DNA of 64,000 nucleotides from the NCBI GenBank assembly GCA_051362555.1, contig CM120640.1:36847967-36911966 (forward strand). The letters run 5' to 3'. Shown here piece after piece: positions 13,301-26,000 of this stretch (the first letter of the stretch is position 1; each line of letters begins with the position of its first letter). A program made the position numbers and the translations under genes. The notes under the pieces are model-generated. The model ran no database searches. It was not told where the DNA came from and worked only from the letters and a program-made list of their open reading frames with translations. The stretch comes from Lingula anatina (Eukaryota; Animalia; Brachiopoda).

Positions 13301-16300
13301 GGGAGTTGAAGGCAAACTTGTCATACTGCTCATCAAATGGGTATTCAGGTAAGTCTGTGACACAGCCTAAATAATGGACAAAAAGAACAGCAATATTTTA
13401 GAAATTCCTTCAAATAACCTAATTTGTCTGGAGTTTTCATTGGCACTGTGACAGTGACAGCGACAGTTACTGACCTATTTACACAATGGAGCTTAAAAAT
13501 TTCTGCAGGAGAAAAATTACAAAGTTTACCTTTGACAAAATGTTTGGAAGGAGAATACTTCTTATAGTACACAACATGCTGTAGAAAGCCCAACATACCT
13601 TTCTCTGGTATCACCTCTTTCACTGGCTCTGGGATAGTGACAAAGGCAAAGGTTGCAGGATCTTCTGCCACAGTTTTATCAAAGATGATCCGATTCATGG
13701 AGCGACAAAAATCAATGTTCACTTCTTTCTCCAACAGCTGTATGTAGTCATCCAGGCTATAATCAAATTAAAAATATTACCAAAGAATTCTCTCATCATA
13801 ATTGTTTTATCTTATTCTATTTTAGCACCTACTACAACAATAACTTCAGTAAATTAAACACTGAGGGACACATTGAGCTGTGCAGACAACCAATTACATG
13901 TAAATGATGTCACATTTTGTTAAAATATGACTTACAATATAAATAATTTTTTTTTCTGAAGAACTGACCTTTTGTCCTTTGACAGTGAAGAAGTACTTCT
14001 AGCCCAATCAGTCATTCTCTTCAATGATGCCTGGTCCAGTTCCCCCACTCCATCCATAGGCATACAGTCCAGGTACAGGTTGTAGCGGATCAGTGCTTCT
14101 GTGTGTTTGCGGCTTCTAAAAGCATGGCCGACACGCTTAACAAAATCTCGCGGATCCTCTGCCATAAATAGCAACCTAACTCTGGGAATCCAGTACTGGG
14201 AGGGCAAAGTAATCCTTGTGCCTGGAATAAAAAAATCAATATAAAAGGCTATATAGGCACCAATCATTACATATACAATATGAAACAGTCCATTTACACT
14301 TTCACCAAAGGGGTCTTTGTTTTTGTCATTTAAATTATATAAATTGTTTTTTTTTTATCAGTGTATCTTACCATCTTTTCTCTTCCCACCATTCACTATT
14401 GTCTTTCCCTTCTGATCTACAATCCTTCCATTTTCATCACATTTCTGCACCAGATACAGCTGTGTTGCTTTATCATAGTCCAACACTCCCACATCCACCC
14501 AGGCATAGGTAATGCTAGGGTCTCTGGGATCCACTGGAAGACAAAGTTTAATACAAAATCTAATCATATAGACACAAATGCAAATAAAGATAAAAATACA
14601 TCAGTAATAGTATTTAAAAGATAAAGATTTAGACACATTATAATTCCTTGGTGTTCAAGGGGTAGTTACCAAAATTTCCAAGCAATTATTTCTTTTTCTA
14701 TTTACAAGAGCAAAACCTGAATTATTAAAGCGCATAATAGAACATAAACATGTGAATAACTTTATATGCATAATATAAACATACAATCATGCACATCATC
14801 AGTGGAAGGCAACAAGGCTTTGCCAGGGACAGGCATTCTCTTTCCATCTTCCTTTCCTAATCTAATCCACTCGTGGGGTGTGCGGCAATCAAACTCTTGG
14901 TCATCAAATATCTCCAGTGGTAAATAAGGTGGAAAGGGAGCTGGATCCTTCAAATCAGCATTCAATATAACATTGTTGTTTCCATTTGTCAACATTTTTG
15001 GCATCAGCATGCTGCTGTCTATGCACTCCTTGGCAAGCAAGGTCTTTAAATTCTGGCTCTCATACAGCCTCTTTCTCCTAAAAAATTGCAATTATAAATA
15101 TTACTAAAGGAAGAGTTTTATAAAATACCCAGAAGGTTAAAGTGTTAAAGGGGTGAATTCCAACACTAAATACTTCCAAACAGATTTCAAGTAAATTGTT
15201 GTTTGTTTTAAATCAGTCACATTTACCTTTCAATTTCTATCTTTCTTGGACACTGTCCTGGAATGGTATAGTAGGGTAACTGGACTTTGGGTTGAAATGA
15301 CTTCACTGGAAAGTCCTGCAAAAACAAAAATACATGTCAGCATTAAATTTTTATGAAATAAACACCAATCTTGTCTGATACTTATACTATACGAAAAGAT
15401 GCTCTCTCTCTCTCTCTCTCAAACACACACACATTGTAATTCTACCCATTTTTCTTTCTCTCTCACAGACGAAACTAGATTATAGGTATTTCATTTCTGT
15501 TTTAGGAGCAGTAATCCAGATATATTTGTAAACTTACAGATATGGTTGTTATCTCTGTGGATGGTCCATACGTGTACTCCTGAAGTTGTGCCTGTATGTC
15601 CTCTGGTTTAAAATCAACCCCAGTAACTGAAAATGTTAAGTTTACATCAATCTTACATAAAAGTCTGATACTTTGAATCCAAGATTTGCCACTATACAAC
15701 AAAATGCGAAAATAAATAAATAATAAATTAATAAAATAAAATAGAATAATAATAAATTAACTGGACAAACACACTTAAAAAATGTTCATTTTGACAAGCA
15801 CTTGACTTCAATTTCATAATATGGTTCTCACTGAAAACTTGCAAGTGATTTTTTTTTATATTTGATATCAATTATATGCTTTGGCTAGATTTACAGTAAA
15901 TACAGAAAATAATTCTTCTTGCAAAAATTGTAATAATGTAGTTGCACATGCAGAACAGTAGGTACCCGTAAGTAAAAACATGTTTGGGTTGATTTCAAGT
16001 CTCCTTCATTTCAAAGAATACATATATGTACTTACCTTTTGGAGTGTGTTTTTCTTTGGCAACATTCCAAAGAGTATCCTGTTCCACAGTCTCAGGCCCT
16101 TGCAATACATTCTAAAATTAAATACAATGTTTTTCAAATTATTAGTATTAAAAGTTTGGGCACCAAAACTTAATACAAATAAATTTACAACATAAGTGAA
16201 TAAACCTGGATCCCATAATGTCTCCACTATGACTGTCCCTCCAATAAGCTGCCAGTCTAGCTACATGTGTAAGTATAATTTTCTTATCTTATTACTTCTC

Positions 16301-16798
16301 CATTAATTAAGCAAACCTTTATTTCAAAAACCTTGTTTATCAGAAAGCGGTAGCTAAGAATGAACCTCTTGTGCCCTTAGTGAATTCTGCTTCAATGTAA
16401 TAGTAGTTAAGAAGCATTATAAAAATTAATGATATAGTAAGCAATTCTGTTGGAGAGAAAATCAGGCCAAATACATGTACTTGTGAAGCAACTTTTCTGT
16501 TTATTTATTTCAACTGCTCGTCCAATTTATTTTGTGCTTACTGAACTCCACAACATATTACCAGATGTGTTTCTGAGTGTAATATCAAGAGCACAGAATT
16601 GTACCAAAATAAAAAAATGCAAATTATACTTACCCCTAATCTTTCTTGGGCACCTGTTCCTAAAATATCTGAATAAAACCCTCTTTGTTTGATCTCTGGG
16701 TACTTCTGTCCAGAGACGGATGTTTTTGCTGTATTAATCTGTGTCCGATTGGAGGAGAAAGGCCTCCCATGGGAGCTTTTGGTTGCTCTGCTAGACAT
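1..16798 (-). CDS. DNAH1: Axonemal dynein heavy chain, DNAH1 type (inner-arm, single-headed); 5' part only, ~36 coding exons, continues past position 1
   Basis: GT-AG exons chain in frame from ATG 16798 (MSSRATK...). N-terminal [30 protein letters not shown] resembles the DNAH1 tail. Linker [21 protein letters not shown]1 Walker [15 protein letters not shown] (exon ending 3983), Walker [33 protein letters not shown]2 region [13 protein letters not shown] and [13 protein letters not shown]. Confidence 0.92.
2606..2711 (-). CDS. DNAH1: DNAH1 AAA1 Walker-B exon, copy B (mutually exclusive candidate)
   Basis: 106 nt, tag| acceptor and |gtaggt donor, same phases as copy A; encodes (S)[35 protein letters not shown]. 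Confidence 0.85.
3362..3467 (-). CDS. DNAH1: DNAH1 AAA1 Walker-B exon, copy A (mutually exclusive candidate)
   Basis: 106 nt, cag| acceptor and |gtaggc donor, phase 2 in and phase 0 out; encodes (S)[35 protein letters not shown]. Confidence 0.9.
10251..10300. repeat. (ATT)n microsatellite in a DNAH1 intron
   Basis: Uninterrupted tattattatt... run; source of the poly-Ile ORFs in the track. Confidence 0.95.
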
Positions 16799-17147
16799 AT
16801 TTTTGCTAGAAGAAAGAAAGATACTATAATTATAATAATAATATATTACAGTTAAAGTTTGAAAAAGTCACTACATGTCATCAATATAATCTTAAAAACA
16901 GCCTAATATTCTCAAAGCTTTTTGAGAGAGTACTATGGTCTGTACTTGGATCATCGTCTATACGTCTATATGTCTATACGACTAACCATTTACAGTACAG
17001 CCTACTTGCTGGCTGTCTTGAGTACAAGTTCTACACAGTACATTGGCACTCATATTAATGCAGAGAGTTTCAGAACAAAACTAATTTAGTAACCATATCC
17101 AAAAAATGAATATAACTGTGGTAATAGCATGCATTGAAATCTTTTAC

Positions 17148-17255
17148 CTCTCTTAATGAAGATTCATATCCGTAATTTATACGATTTTGTTCAACGCACC
17201 ATCAACAAATATGGCGGAGTTGATGGAGTTGCTAAGGTAGGTGCGCATGCGCAGG
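17148..17255 (-). promoter_or_regulatory. DNAH1 promoter and probable non-coding exon 1
   Basis: Local CpG enrichment; donor gag|gtaaaa at 17148; YY1-like CCGCCATATT on the minus strand (~17208-17217); RFX X-box-like GTTGCTAAGGTAG 17228-17240; perfect NRF1-type palindrome TGCGCATGCGCA 17242-17253. Confidence 0.6.
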
Positions 17256-18584
17256 CAGGTGGGAGACGTGCCATGTCAAGCCACAAGGATTTCGCCGCTT
17301 GACCTGCCTTGCAAGGACACAGACTAACCGCCTTAAACAAAAATCTCAAAACCAGAAATCAATCTTGCAGTTTAGATTGTTCAGAATTTTAAACTGACTT
17401 AAGTTTAAAGTTCAGTCTATTTGCCGTTTAATGGAACTCTTGGGCATGTTATTAAAACACCGAATTAATTTAATTGGCAATTTGGATATAAGCAAAACAG
17501 AAAAGAAACAGAAGAAAAAAAAACGGGCTAGCGTGATGAAATTTGCACAAAAGGCCTTTAACACATTAAATAAAAAACAGATTGAAACATTTCACGTACA
17601 CGTCGGTTTTGGCACGTGGGGATAGTATTTCGTCTGTTTCAGTTTAGCACAAAAATCCACGAGTTAGCACGTACTCCTATCGGTCCTATTTACTGGTATA
17701 TCTATCAGCCGATATATTTACATTTTCTGATACATATAGGCCTACCTGAAGAAAATACTTGAATAAAAACTCTACAGGTATTTTATGTAGACTGGACAGT
17801 TCTTCTTGAAGGCTAAAGATGTAGTGTAATCATACGTGAAAATAATTTTTTTTTCAAGTCTTACTCAAGGAGGTTAGCATAACACATAAGATAACAAACC
17901 CTAGAAAAGATAAGATGATTATGAACGTCTGAAATCCCTTGTTTAAAAAAATACTTGTAGAAACTTATAGGAATTTTAAATTATAAAAATTGTCATTTAG
18001 AAAACAAATGAAAATAACATTTCCCATCGTGGTGTCCCATTTAAAACAATTTAAGTATTGGAATGTCATGTTCACACAACATCAATTTTACAACTATATT
18101 TCACTACACTGCTCTGGGAGGTGAAACCATTGACAAGTTGCCATAAAACTGAAACGTAAAAGAGACCTTTCAGACCTTTGCATGGGGCAACCAACCCTTT
18201 ATTTAATATTCAGCTGTCAAACCTTTAGGTGCTCTGCTGGAATTCTAATGACACATGTTTTAGGTCTATTTCAGATGATTGTGCTTGTGAAATCTACGAT
18301 TTTCTTAATGAGCATCAAAAGGGATATTATAATATCTAGGCCTACTTATAAAATTGATTAAATTCATCAATTTTCACTTGCCAGAACCGACGTGCCAGAT
18401 CCGATATGGGATGTGCCAGAATGTTATGAAGCAGCATTAGAAGAGTTTTTCATCGATTTATCATTTTTATTGAAAAAGTAAAAATCCAAAGTTGTCTATT
18501 ATCAGAGAGTTAGGTTTATGTTATGTGGGTCTATAACGTAGGCCTACAGGGCAACCAACCTACATTGTAAACTTTGAGCACTTA

Positions 18585-21366
18585 TAGTCCGGTTGCTTAG
18601 GGCAAAAAAATGGCCAAATCGTGACACAGCGGATAAAAGCACCAAACTTTGCATGTGGGTACCTTTTGACATACTAAATCAAATTAGAGCCGTAGCCCAC
18701 GGAAAAAATTTACCGTTTTGCCAAAAAATCCAAAATGGCCGCCAATTTGTGAAATTTTGTAGAAATATATACATATCTATGTTGATTTTTATCAAATTCA
18801 GTATTTTCTCAATGTTTTCCACATCGTTATTACCCATATTATGCATATATGTCAGATACCAAACTAGTGTCCTTGGACTTATTGAAAAATCCAAGATGGC
18901 CGCCGTATGGCATAGGAATACTAGAACATGTACAAGGGTTTTCAACTAACTGATGCAAACTAGGAAGATGCATTGCCCACTATCTAATTAATTTTGTTTC
19001 TTATTACACAAATAATATATTTGTGGTAAGTAACTAACCTTTATTCACAGGCAATTCGAGAAAAATCCAAGATGGCCCCCATATCAAAGGAATACTAGTA
19101 TACACATAGGGCTTCTTCTGCCATGGAGATATAATATTAATTGATAAATTAGGTTTGTTTCTGAGTATTTTCCACATCTTTTTAATTCACATAATATATA
19201 TGTGATGAGAATGTTATGTGTATCCTTTTTGAAAACAAAACAAAACAAAACAAAATGGCTGCCACTAGCCATAGAAAGTGGGGTTCAGTTAATACCTGCG
19301 AGAGATAGGCTTACAAATAAAATGAAGCTGAATTCAGTTGATATTCTGTTTTTTTAGTATTATTATCCCATGATACATACCCAGCAGGCAAACGACATTG
19401 ATTCTACGTTGATTCAACGTTGATCCACCAAAATTAACGTTGATTCAATGGTGAATCAATGTCGTTTGTCTGCTGGGTATCTGTTAGGGAATTATTGTCC
19501 ATATTTTATCATTTTGGGGAAATCCAAGATGGCCTTCTTTTCCCCATAGGAAAACTGGTGCATTAGATTTTATAGGCAATTCTACGGCAAATAAGGGTAA
19601 TCATGATATTTTTTCAAAATACTAAAGGGTATACACTTGTTACCCACCAGATAGATATCTAAAAGTCCAAAAAGAATGTGGGAAATACAGAGAAACAAAA
19701 TTCATTTTATATTGAACCCAATGTCGCTCTGGCAGCAGTTGACTGTACTATTCCTATTGTGAATTGCAGCAATCTTGAATTTTCTCAAATACGCAAGATG
19801 CACACTTGCTACACACCAGATTTATAAAGAGTAAGGTTAATAAGGATGTCAACATGTTTAAACATCAAACGGCTTTATTTCATGTTGGAATCAATGTCTG
19901 AACTGTTCTATTAATTGACACCTATGTGCATTTGAATGATATATTCCTATGACAACTGGCAGCTATCTTGGGTTTTTGTCCGAATGAACTCAAGGAAACA
20001 TACACTTTCAAAACACACAGTCTTTCATAAGGATAAATAGGATATGAAAAACATTAAAAAACGACCCAAAGTTAACAACATTTAAATCGTACTCAGTGTA
20101 TTTCAAGCATTATTTGATTATGTGTTCAAATATTCCTATGACAAAAGGCAGACATCTTGAATTTTTTCAGAATGCCCAAAGATACACACATGCTACAGAC
20201 CAGGTATACATCATAGGGGTAATAATAAATGGAATGAAAAACATAAATTATTTTTAAAACAAACCCATGGAAATGTAATTGTATAATGAACCACATGCCT
20301 CTCTAGCAGCAATTGAAACCCACCCATTAGTATTCCTATGTTAAATTGTAGGTATCTTTTTATCAGAATATCCAAGGATGCACACTATTTACCCACCAGA
20401 TATATATCATAAGACTAATAAGGATGGGCAAAACTTGATAAGCAAACACAAATTCACCCTGGTAGTAGATGAAAAGCCATGGATGTGCAGTTGTAATTCC
20501 AGTAGTATTCCTATGGCCAGTGACGGTCATCTTGGGTTTTCTCAAAATGATCAAATATACACATTTATTACCTGCTAGATATGAATCACAGTGTAATAAT
20601 AATGTGTAAAACACTAAAAAAATAAACTGAATATGATAGTGAATTAGCTGGCATTAGTTCCAACCCTTTGTAATACTAGAAGTATTCCTATAACATATGA
20701 CGGCCATCTTGGATTTTCTCAAAATGCCCAAGAATACGGTTAGTTACTCACTACATACATATTGTGTGGGTAGAAAGGATATGGAAAACACACAGAAACC
20801 AGCTTAATTTGATGGTGAAAAATTAATATTTCCAGTTGCAATTAGTTGAATCCCCGTATACTAGAATTCCTGTGGCACATGGCAGCCATCTTGGATTTTC
20901 CAAAATGCCCAAGAACACTTCGTAGTTACTCACCACAAACATATTATGTGGGTAACAAAGATCTGAGAAGCAGACTTAATTTGATAGTGGACAACGTATC
21001 GTTCTAGCTGGTAATAGTTGTGCACTAGTATTCCTATGGCTGTTTCTATGGCAAATGAGAGCCATCTTGGATTTTTCAAAAAGTCCAAGGGAACTTGTTT
21101 GCTATTTGACATATATGAATAAAATGGGTAATAAGGGTGTGGAAAACTCTGAGAAAATAATTTATTTGATAAAAATCAACATAGGTATATACATATTTCT
21201 AAAGAATTCAATAAATTGGCGGCCATTTTGGATTTTTTGGCCAAACGGTAATTTTTTTCCGTGGGCTACGGCTCTAATTTGATTTAGAATATCAAAAGGT
21301 ACCCACATGCAAAATTTGGTGCTTTTATCCGCCGTGTCACGATTTTTTCCTTAAGCCACCGGACTA
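18585..21366. mobile_element. Non-autonomous Academ-like DNA transposon with long imperfect TIRs and internal ~180-bp repeats
   Basis: Termini TAGTCCGG...CCGGACTA; 3-bp TSD TTA (18582-18584 and 21367-21369); ~330-bp inverted arms, which is why ORFs 18679-18945 and 21055-21282 give near-identical peptides; no transposase ORF. Confidence 0.8.
19380..19477. mobile_element. 98-bp MITE (CMC/EnSpm-like, CCC...GGG) nested in the Academ-like element
   Basis: TIR CCCAGCAGGCAAACGACATTGATTC / GAATCAATGTCGTTTGTCTGCTGGG; TA on both flanks; internal 11-bp AACGTTGATTC-like repeats. Confidence 0.8.
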
Positions 21367-21549
21367 TTAGGCCTATGCGTCCCAAGTTACTTTTAAATCA
21401 AAATGAAGAGATTAAAAAACTTACACATTTAATTATTTATTCATTTTTACTATACTTTTAAATGTGCTATTTGACATATGAATTCATCTGTAACCCCCCC
21501 CCCCCAAAAAAAAAATCTGTTCTTTCCATCGGTCTTTAATATATCCCTG

Positions 21550-22270
21550 ATCAAAAACGTCAGTTGCAAAAAGACTCCAATATGCATAAACAACGGTAAT
21601 CTTTTTTTTTTTTTTTTTTTTTTTTTTTTGCATTCTGCCATCGGAGATATGGTTGCTTTCCTGCGCTTGCTACGAACATGTTCCGTCAAAACAAAAGACA
21701 AAAATGTAGCTCACTGAACCGGCTGAACTGCCGCTTGTCAGTGTCCATGAACACTCCTTGACTTGTCTCGTTATTTGTGTTAGCGAGGAATTATGGGTAA
21801 TACAATCTTGAGTGGGGAAGCGGCGACAACGCTCCAGCAAATTACATGTCAAACAATAAGATCAATAGAACTGGCACGCAAAAATGCAAGTGTTTGAGTA
21901 ATGAGTTAAATTAGTAATGCATTTCTTGGTGTTTTGAGACCATCTATAACTATGTAAAAGTCGATTTCTTCTCTCCATTAGACCCTGCATTTGCTAAAAA
22001 CGACTAAGCGAGGTGAGAACGTAAACAACTGCAAGCGTTGTGGACAAGCTAGAAGCACGGTAAGTGTGAACAGATGAAGCTGTAGGAATAATGTTTTCAC
22101 GATTCGTCTTTCACGATTTTTTTTTACTTTTTTTCTGCATGCAAAACACCAATTGGCGGCCTATTTGACAACCGCTGGGCAAGTTGTACGTAGAAACAAG
22201 TTCAACGACTTCTAGTACATGTAATTACTATACAAGTACTCGTACATGTAGCCTACTATTCGGTTATGGT
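21550..22270 (+). promoter_or_regulatory. CpG-rich promoter and probable non-coding first exon of the coiled-coil gene
   Basis: CpG density is clearly higher than in the flanking introns; strong donor cacg|gtaagt at 22059/22060; next acceptor ~23021 lies just upstream of ATG 23041. Confidence 0.5.
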
Positions 22271-22533
22271 CCAAGATATATTAATAACAGCTGTGATATA
22301 CAATGACTAAAGACTGATTATGTCAAAGCACAATTAAGTATATTGATCTTGGTCTCTTCACTACATTTTATATGTACTGTAATTACATGTTTGAGAACCT
22401 GAGAGTTGCAATTAAGGGATCCAAAGAAGATATGCACAGGGGTTTTAAAGTTAATTTAAAAGTCAATGTGTTATTTTAAAAATAGCTCCTAAAAATTTAG
22501 CTTTCAGAATGATTTCACAGAGCCAGATATCAC

Positions 22534-22961
22534 CAGGCCCATTTTCAGCACCTTGGCTTTCAGTTATCAGAAACAGTAGCTAGTTGCTGATAAAATAGCT
22601 AGTTTAGAATAATCTCTTCGAGCGCGTTCAGAATAACAGACTAACCGATCCGCAGATCATATATGGCCGACCTACTTGAATACTTGTTGTGTAATCCCTG
22701 GGGGGGGGGGGGGGGGGGGGGAATCTATTCACTGTCTAATGGGGGATGAAGTGGCAAGCTTTTTAGTGGGTCGCCATACTTGATCTGCAGATATGTTATT
22801 CCGCTTTTCTGAATGCGAGTGGTGTCCAGAATAAACAGATTGACCAGTTGCAGTATGATGATGGCATATGAAATGTGTTGAGATGCATTAATTGTAAATT
22901 GTGGCTAATAAAATCTCATTTATCAATTTTTTTCAAGACGGGTGCTGATAAATATGGATTG
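22534..22961. mobile_element. Degenerate palindromic MITE (PIF/Harbinger-like)
   Basis: CAGGCCCATTTTCAGCACC vs GGTGCTGATAAATATGGATTG at the ends; internal inverted arms GCAGATCATATATGGCCGACCTACT / AGTGGGTCGCCATACTTGATCTGC around a poly-G run. Confidence 0.55.
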
Positions 22962-23040
22962 ACAGAGGAAAAAGACTTAATTGTCTCATGATTTGGACTC
23001 CTGTTCTAATATTGTGAACAGGTTGTCTTAAGAAAACAAC

Positions 23041-26000
23041 ATGAATGAGGATAAGGAAGAGAATGCTTCAAATGGTAAGATACTTATGAATTTGCCTGTT
23101 TTAGAGATTCCACATAAGAATATCCGCAGTAGGCAGGGGAGTATCCATTGTTTTATTAAGGAATATGGCAACGATCTTTCAATTTACCCCATCCCATTTT
23201 AAAGTATATTTATCAAGAAGTGTCTTTCGGAGCCTGTATATGTTTGCATATTTTTGTGTGTTTGCATGTGTGTATGTGTGTTTGTGTCCTAATAATATAC
23301 TCAAAGCGGGGATGGGTATGAGCATGTGTAAAGAGGAATAGCAGCAGGTTCATTAGTCCAAGGTGATGGACCTTGATATTTCTATAAAAGTACTGCTTTC
23401 ATGTGTTACTATGACAAATGTGAATTTTTAAGAGGTCTACTAATGAGCATAAGAAGAAAAGAATAAGGTAAAAGAAGGGAAGCAAATTTAAGAGTTTACC
23501 AAGGAAGCCATCTTAATAGTTATTATGTTGACAGTGGTTTAGTTAGAAGCTATAGTACATGTACCAACCTTATAACACCTGCCTAAATACCTGAAACAAT
23601 TCCATAAAGGTGTAATACGATTACAAAAAATATTGTGTATATTTATTTCCTTTATTGCTTGTTTCTTTTATAGCTTCTTTGGGGACTTCCAGTAAAGGTA
23701 AAGATCGTCCTCCTAGGAATAGATTCAAGGAATCTATAGAAAATCTCCTGTAAGTATTGTAGCCCAATATGTCATCAGTTGCTGTTTGAAGATTGAAATT
23801 TCATAAAATAATGTGAACCATATTAGGACAGCTTATTTATTATCCCCCACCCCCTTTTTTTTCAAAAAGACTGTATCAGCTCCTGGTTATTTTATTGATA
23901 TGTAATTTTATTGAATGAATTGTTACTTTCTCCTTTTGCTCTTACTGGTAAGTCAGTTTCTTATACAGTGGACCTTAATCTTTTGTAATAATAGATATTT
24001 ATGACAAGAGAAGTTAGTTTGATAAATAATACTGCTGGCATTTGTGCAGCTTTTCTTTATAAGACTAGCCTTTTTTATGGAATAACAATGCTGCACATGA
24101 ATAAAATTCGGTATTGGAACTTTTTCCAAAGGCGATCATCCGATGCTCGTCTTCAGAAAAATGCACAAAGCGAAAGAGATCCGGGGCTGCCCCCCAGGAG
24201 AAGTAAAACTAATTTATTACCACGTTTTGATATGGCTGATGAGAAAGAAGATAACACAGCAAGTAATTCAGTAGCAGGTAATTGATCAAAATTTTAAATT
24301 TTGAAACTGCGTATTTAAAAATGTTGGAAGCTGTATGCCAGTGTTATTATATTCTTGTGTTAGCACAACATTGAATAGGCAAAGGACACATAAAGAATAA
24401 GTAAGACTTTGTCTTGTTACATGTAGCTTAAGTAAAATGAACTTGGTTTACTGTGTATTATGAAGCCTTCTTTTTAAAAATTCATGAGCAGATCAATCGG
24501 AAGCAAGTGGAACAACCAGCAGGACTGATGTAAACTCTCAGAAAAATCTGTTAAATATAGGGGTACCTTTGTCAAAGCAGCCAAGGCTAGAAATGGGGAA
24601 AACAGGTTTGTTTTCTTTGTTTGTTTTGATTTCCACGATAACTGGCTTTAAGCTTATTATTTATATATAAACATTCATAAGCTTAACCAATTAGCTAAGT
24701 TGATATATACGTATATTGACATCCTTGACCAATTTTATAAGTAAGAAGGATAAATGCTTTGATTGTATCCAATTTTTCTGGACTATTATCAAATGAACAT
24801 TTTTCAAATATGTGCTTTTTATGTAGGTTCACCATCAGAAAATAGTGATTTAACTCCAAGAAGAAATGAAAGAATTTATGTAGGTACCTTAATGTCTGTG
24901 TTTATTAGCCTTATTTAAATTACATATGTGTGTGTTTAAAGTATGTATTAGCTGACTTAATCCTCGATGAGAATATTTACTTATATTTGTAAAAGGTGCT
25001 AAGAAAAAATAAAATTCTATATCCCATTAAGTTTTCCCCTGAAGATAATGATGAATTGAGAATGTTTGACAATCACCGAGCAAATATTTTTTGTTTGTTA
25101 TCACAGACTGTCATACAAGTACATGCTACAGTATTTTACAGGGTCACATTTCACGAAATTGTAGTGGGAAGATATTGATAAAAAAGTTTTTTGATATATC
25201 AAATTTTTTCAATCCACAGGGTACAGCTGGCAGTCTAAGAAGTACTCCAAGCAACATGTTGGATGAGGACCTTACTTCTGAAAGGGTAATATATAAGTGT
25301 AATTGAACAAAAGACTTTAACAGTATATGACATTGTTGTAAATGACCCAGTCATTGCATTATAATTAAATCTGCACTGTTCCAATTCAGTGAATAAGATA
25401 CCAGTATGCCTTTGTAATATAGAAAATGGCTAGTGCACATGTTTATTCTTGAGGCCACAGACTGCTTGACTACAGTACAGTACAGTACAGTACAGTACAC
25501 AAAAAATGAAAATTCCATTGGAAGTAGTAAAAAGGGATGAGGAACAAAGACAAAGCATACATGGCACTAGTAAAGCACATGTTTCTTGATGGCTGAGAAA
25601 AAATTTTTGATTGAATGTATGATAGTTCATGTGCTTTATTTTCAGAGTTTTGGCAGCAGCAGAGCATACACACCAAGAAAAAGACTCAATTCCATTCTGG
25701 GTGGAAATGTGAGCCCAGAACTCCGCTCTTATATTATAGAAAAGGTATAATAATGTAACAGTCTCATTTTGTGTGTGTTATTGTTCGTTTTTTAATCAAG
25801 TAAAAATGCAGGTTTATGAAAGATACCGGTAAACATCATTTGCATTTTGTCAGTGTTTGAGACTGAATATCATTGTAATAGAAGAGGATGAGGAAATAGT
25901 TTGTTGGTGTTCAATAGGACTTGGTGTTTTAAAAATGACTCCATTTTTTCAAAACCAAATTGGAAATTTGCTAGTTTTTAGCTTTTAGAAGCTCATGAAT

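Noticed and set aside
1171-14624. Plus-strand ORFs overlapping dynein exons (e.g. 11300-11821)
   Set aside because: Antisense shadows of real coding exons, with no independent motifs.
18593-21282. Pair of similar ORFs ending WRPFWIFW.NG.FFPWATALI
   Set aside because: They are the two inverted arms of the Academ-like element, with no protein motif.
21715-21748. Minus-strand mini-exon MDTDKRQFSRF with a |gtgagc donor, as a possible alternative DNAH1 start
   Set aside because: Phase 1 is out of frame with the DNAH1 ATG exon (acceptor 16805); it would fit only by skipping two exons. No other support.
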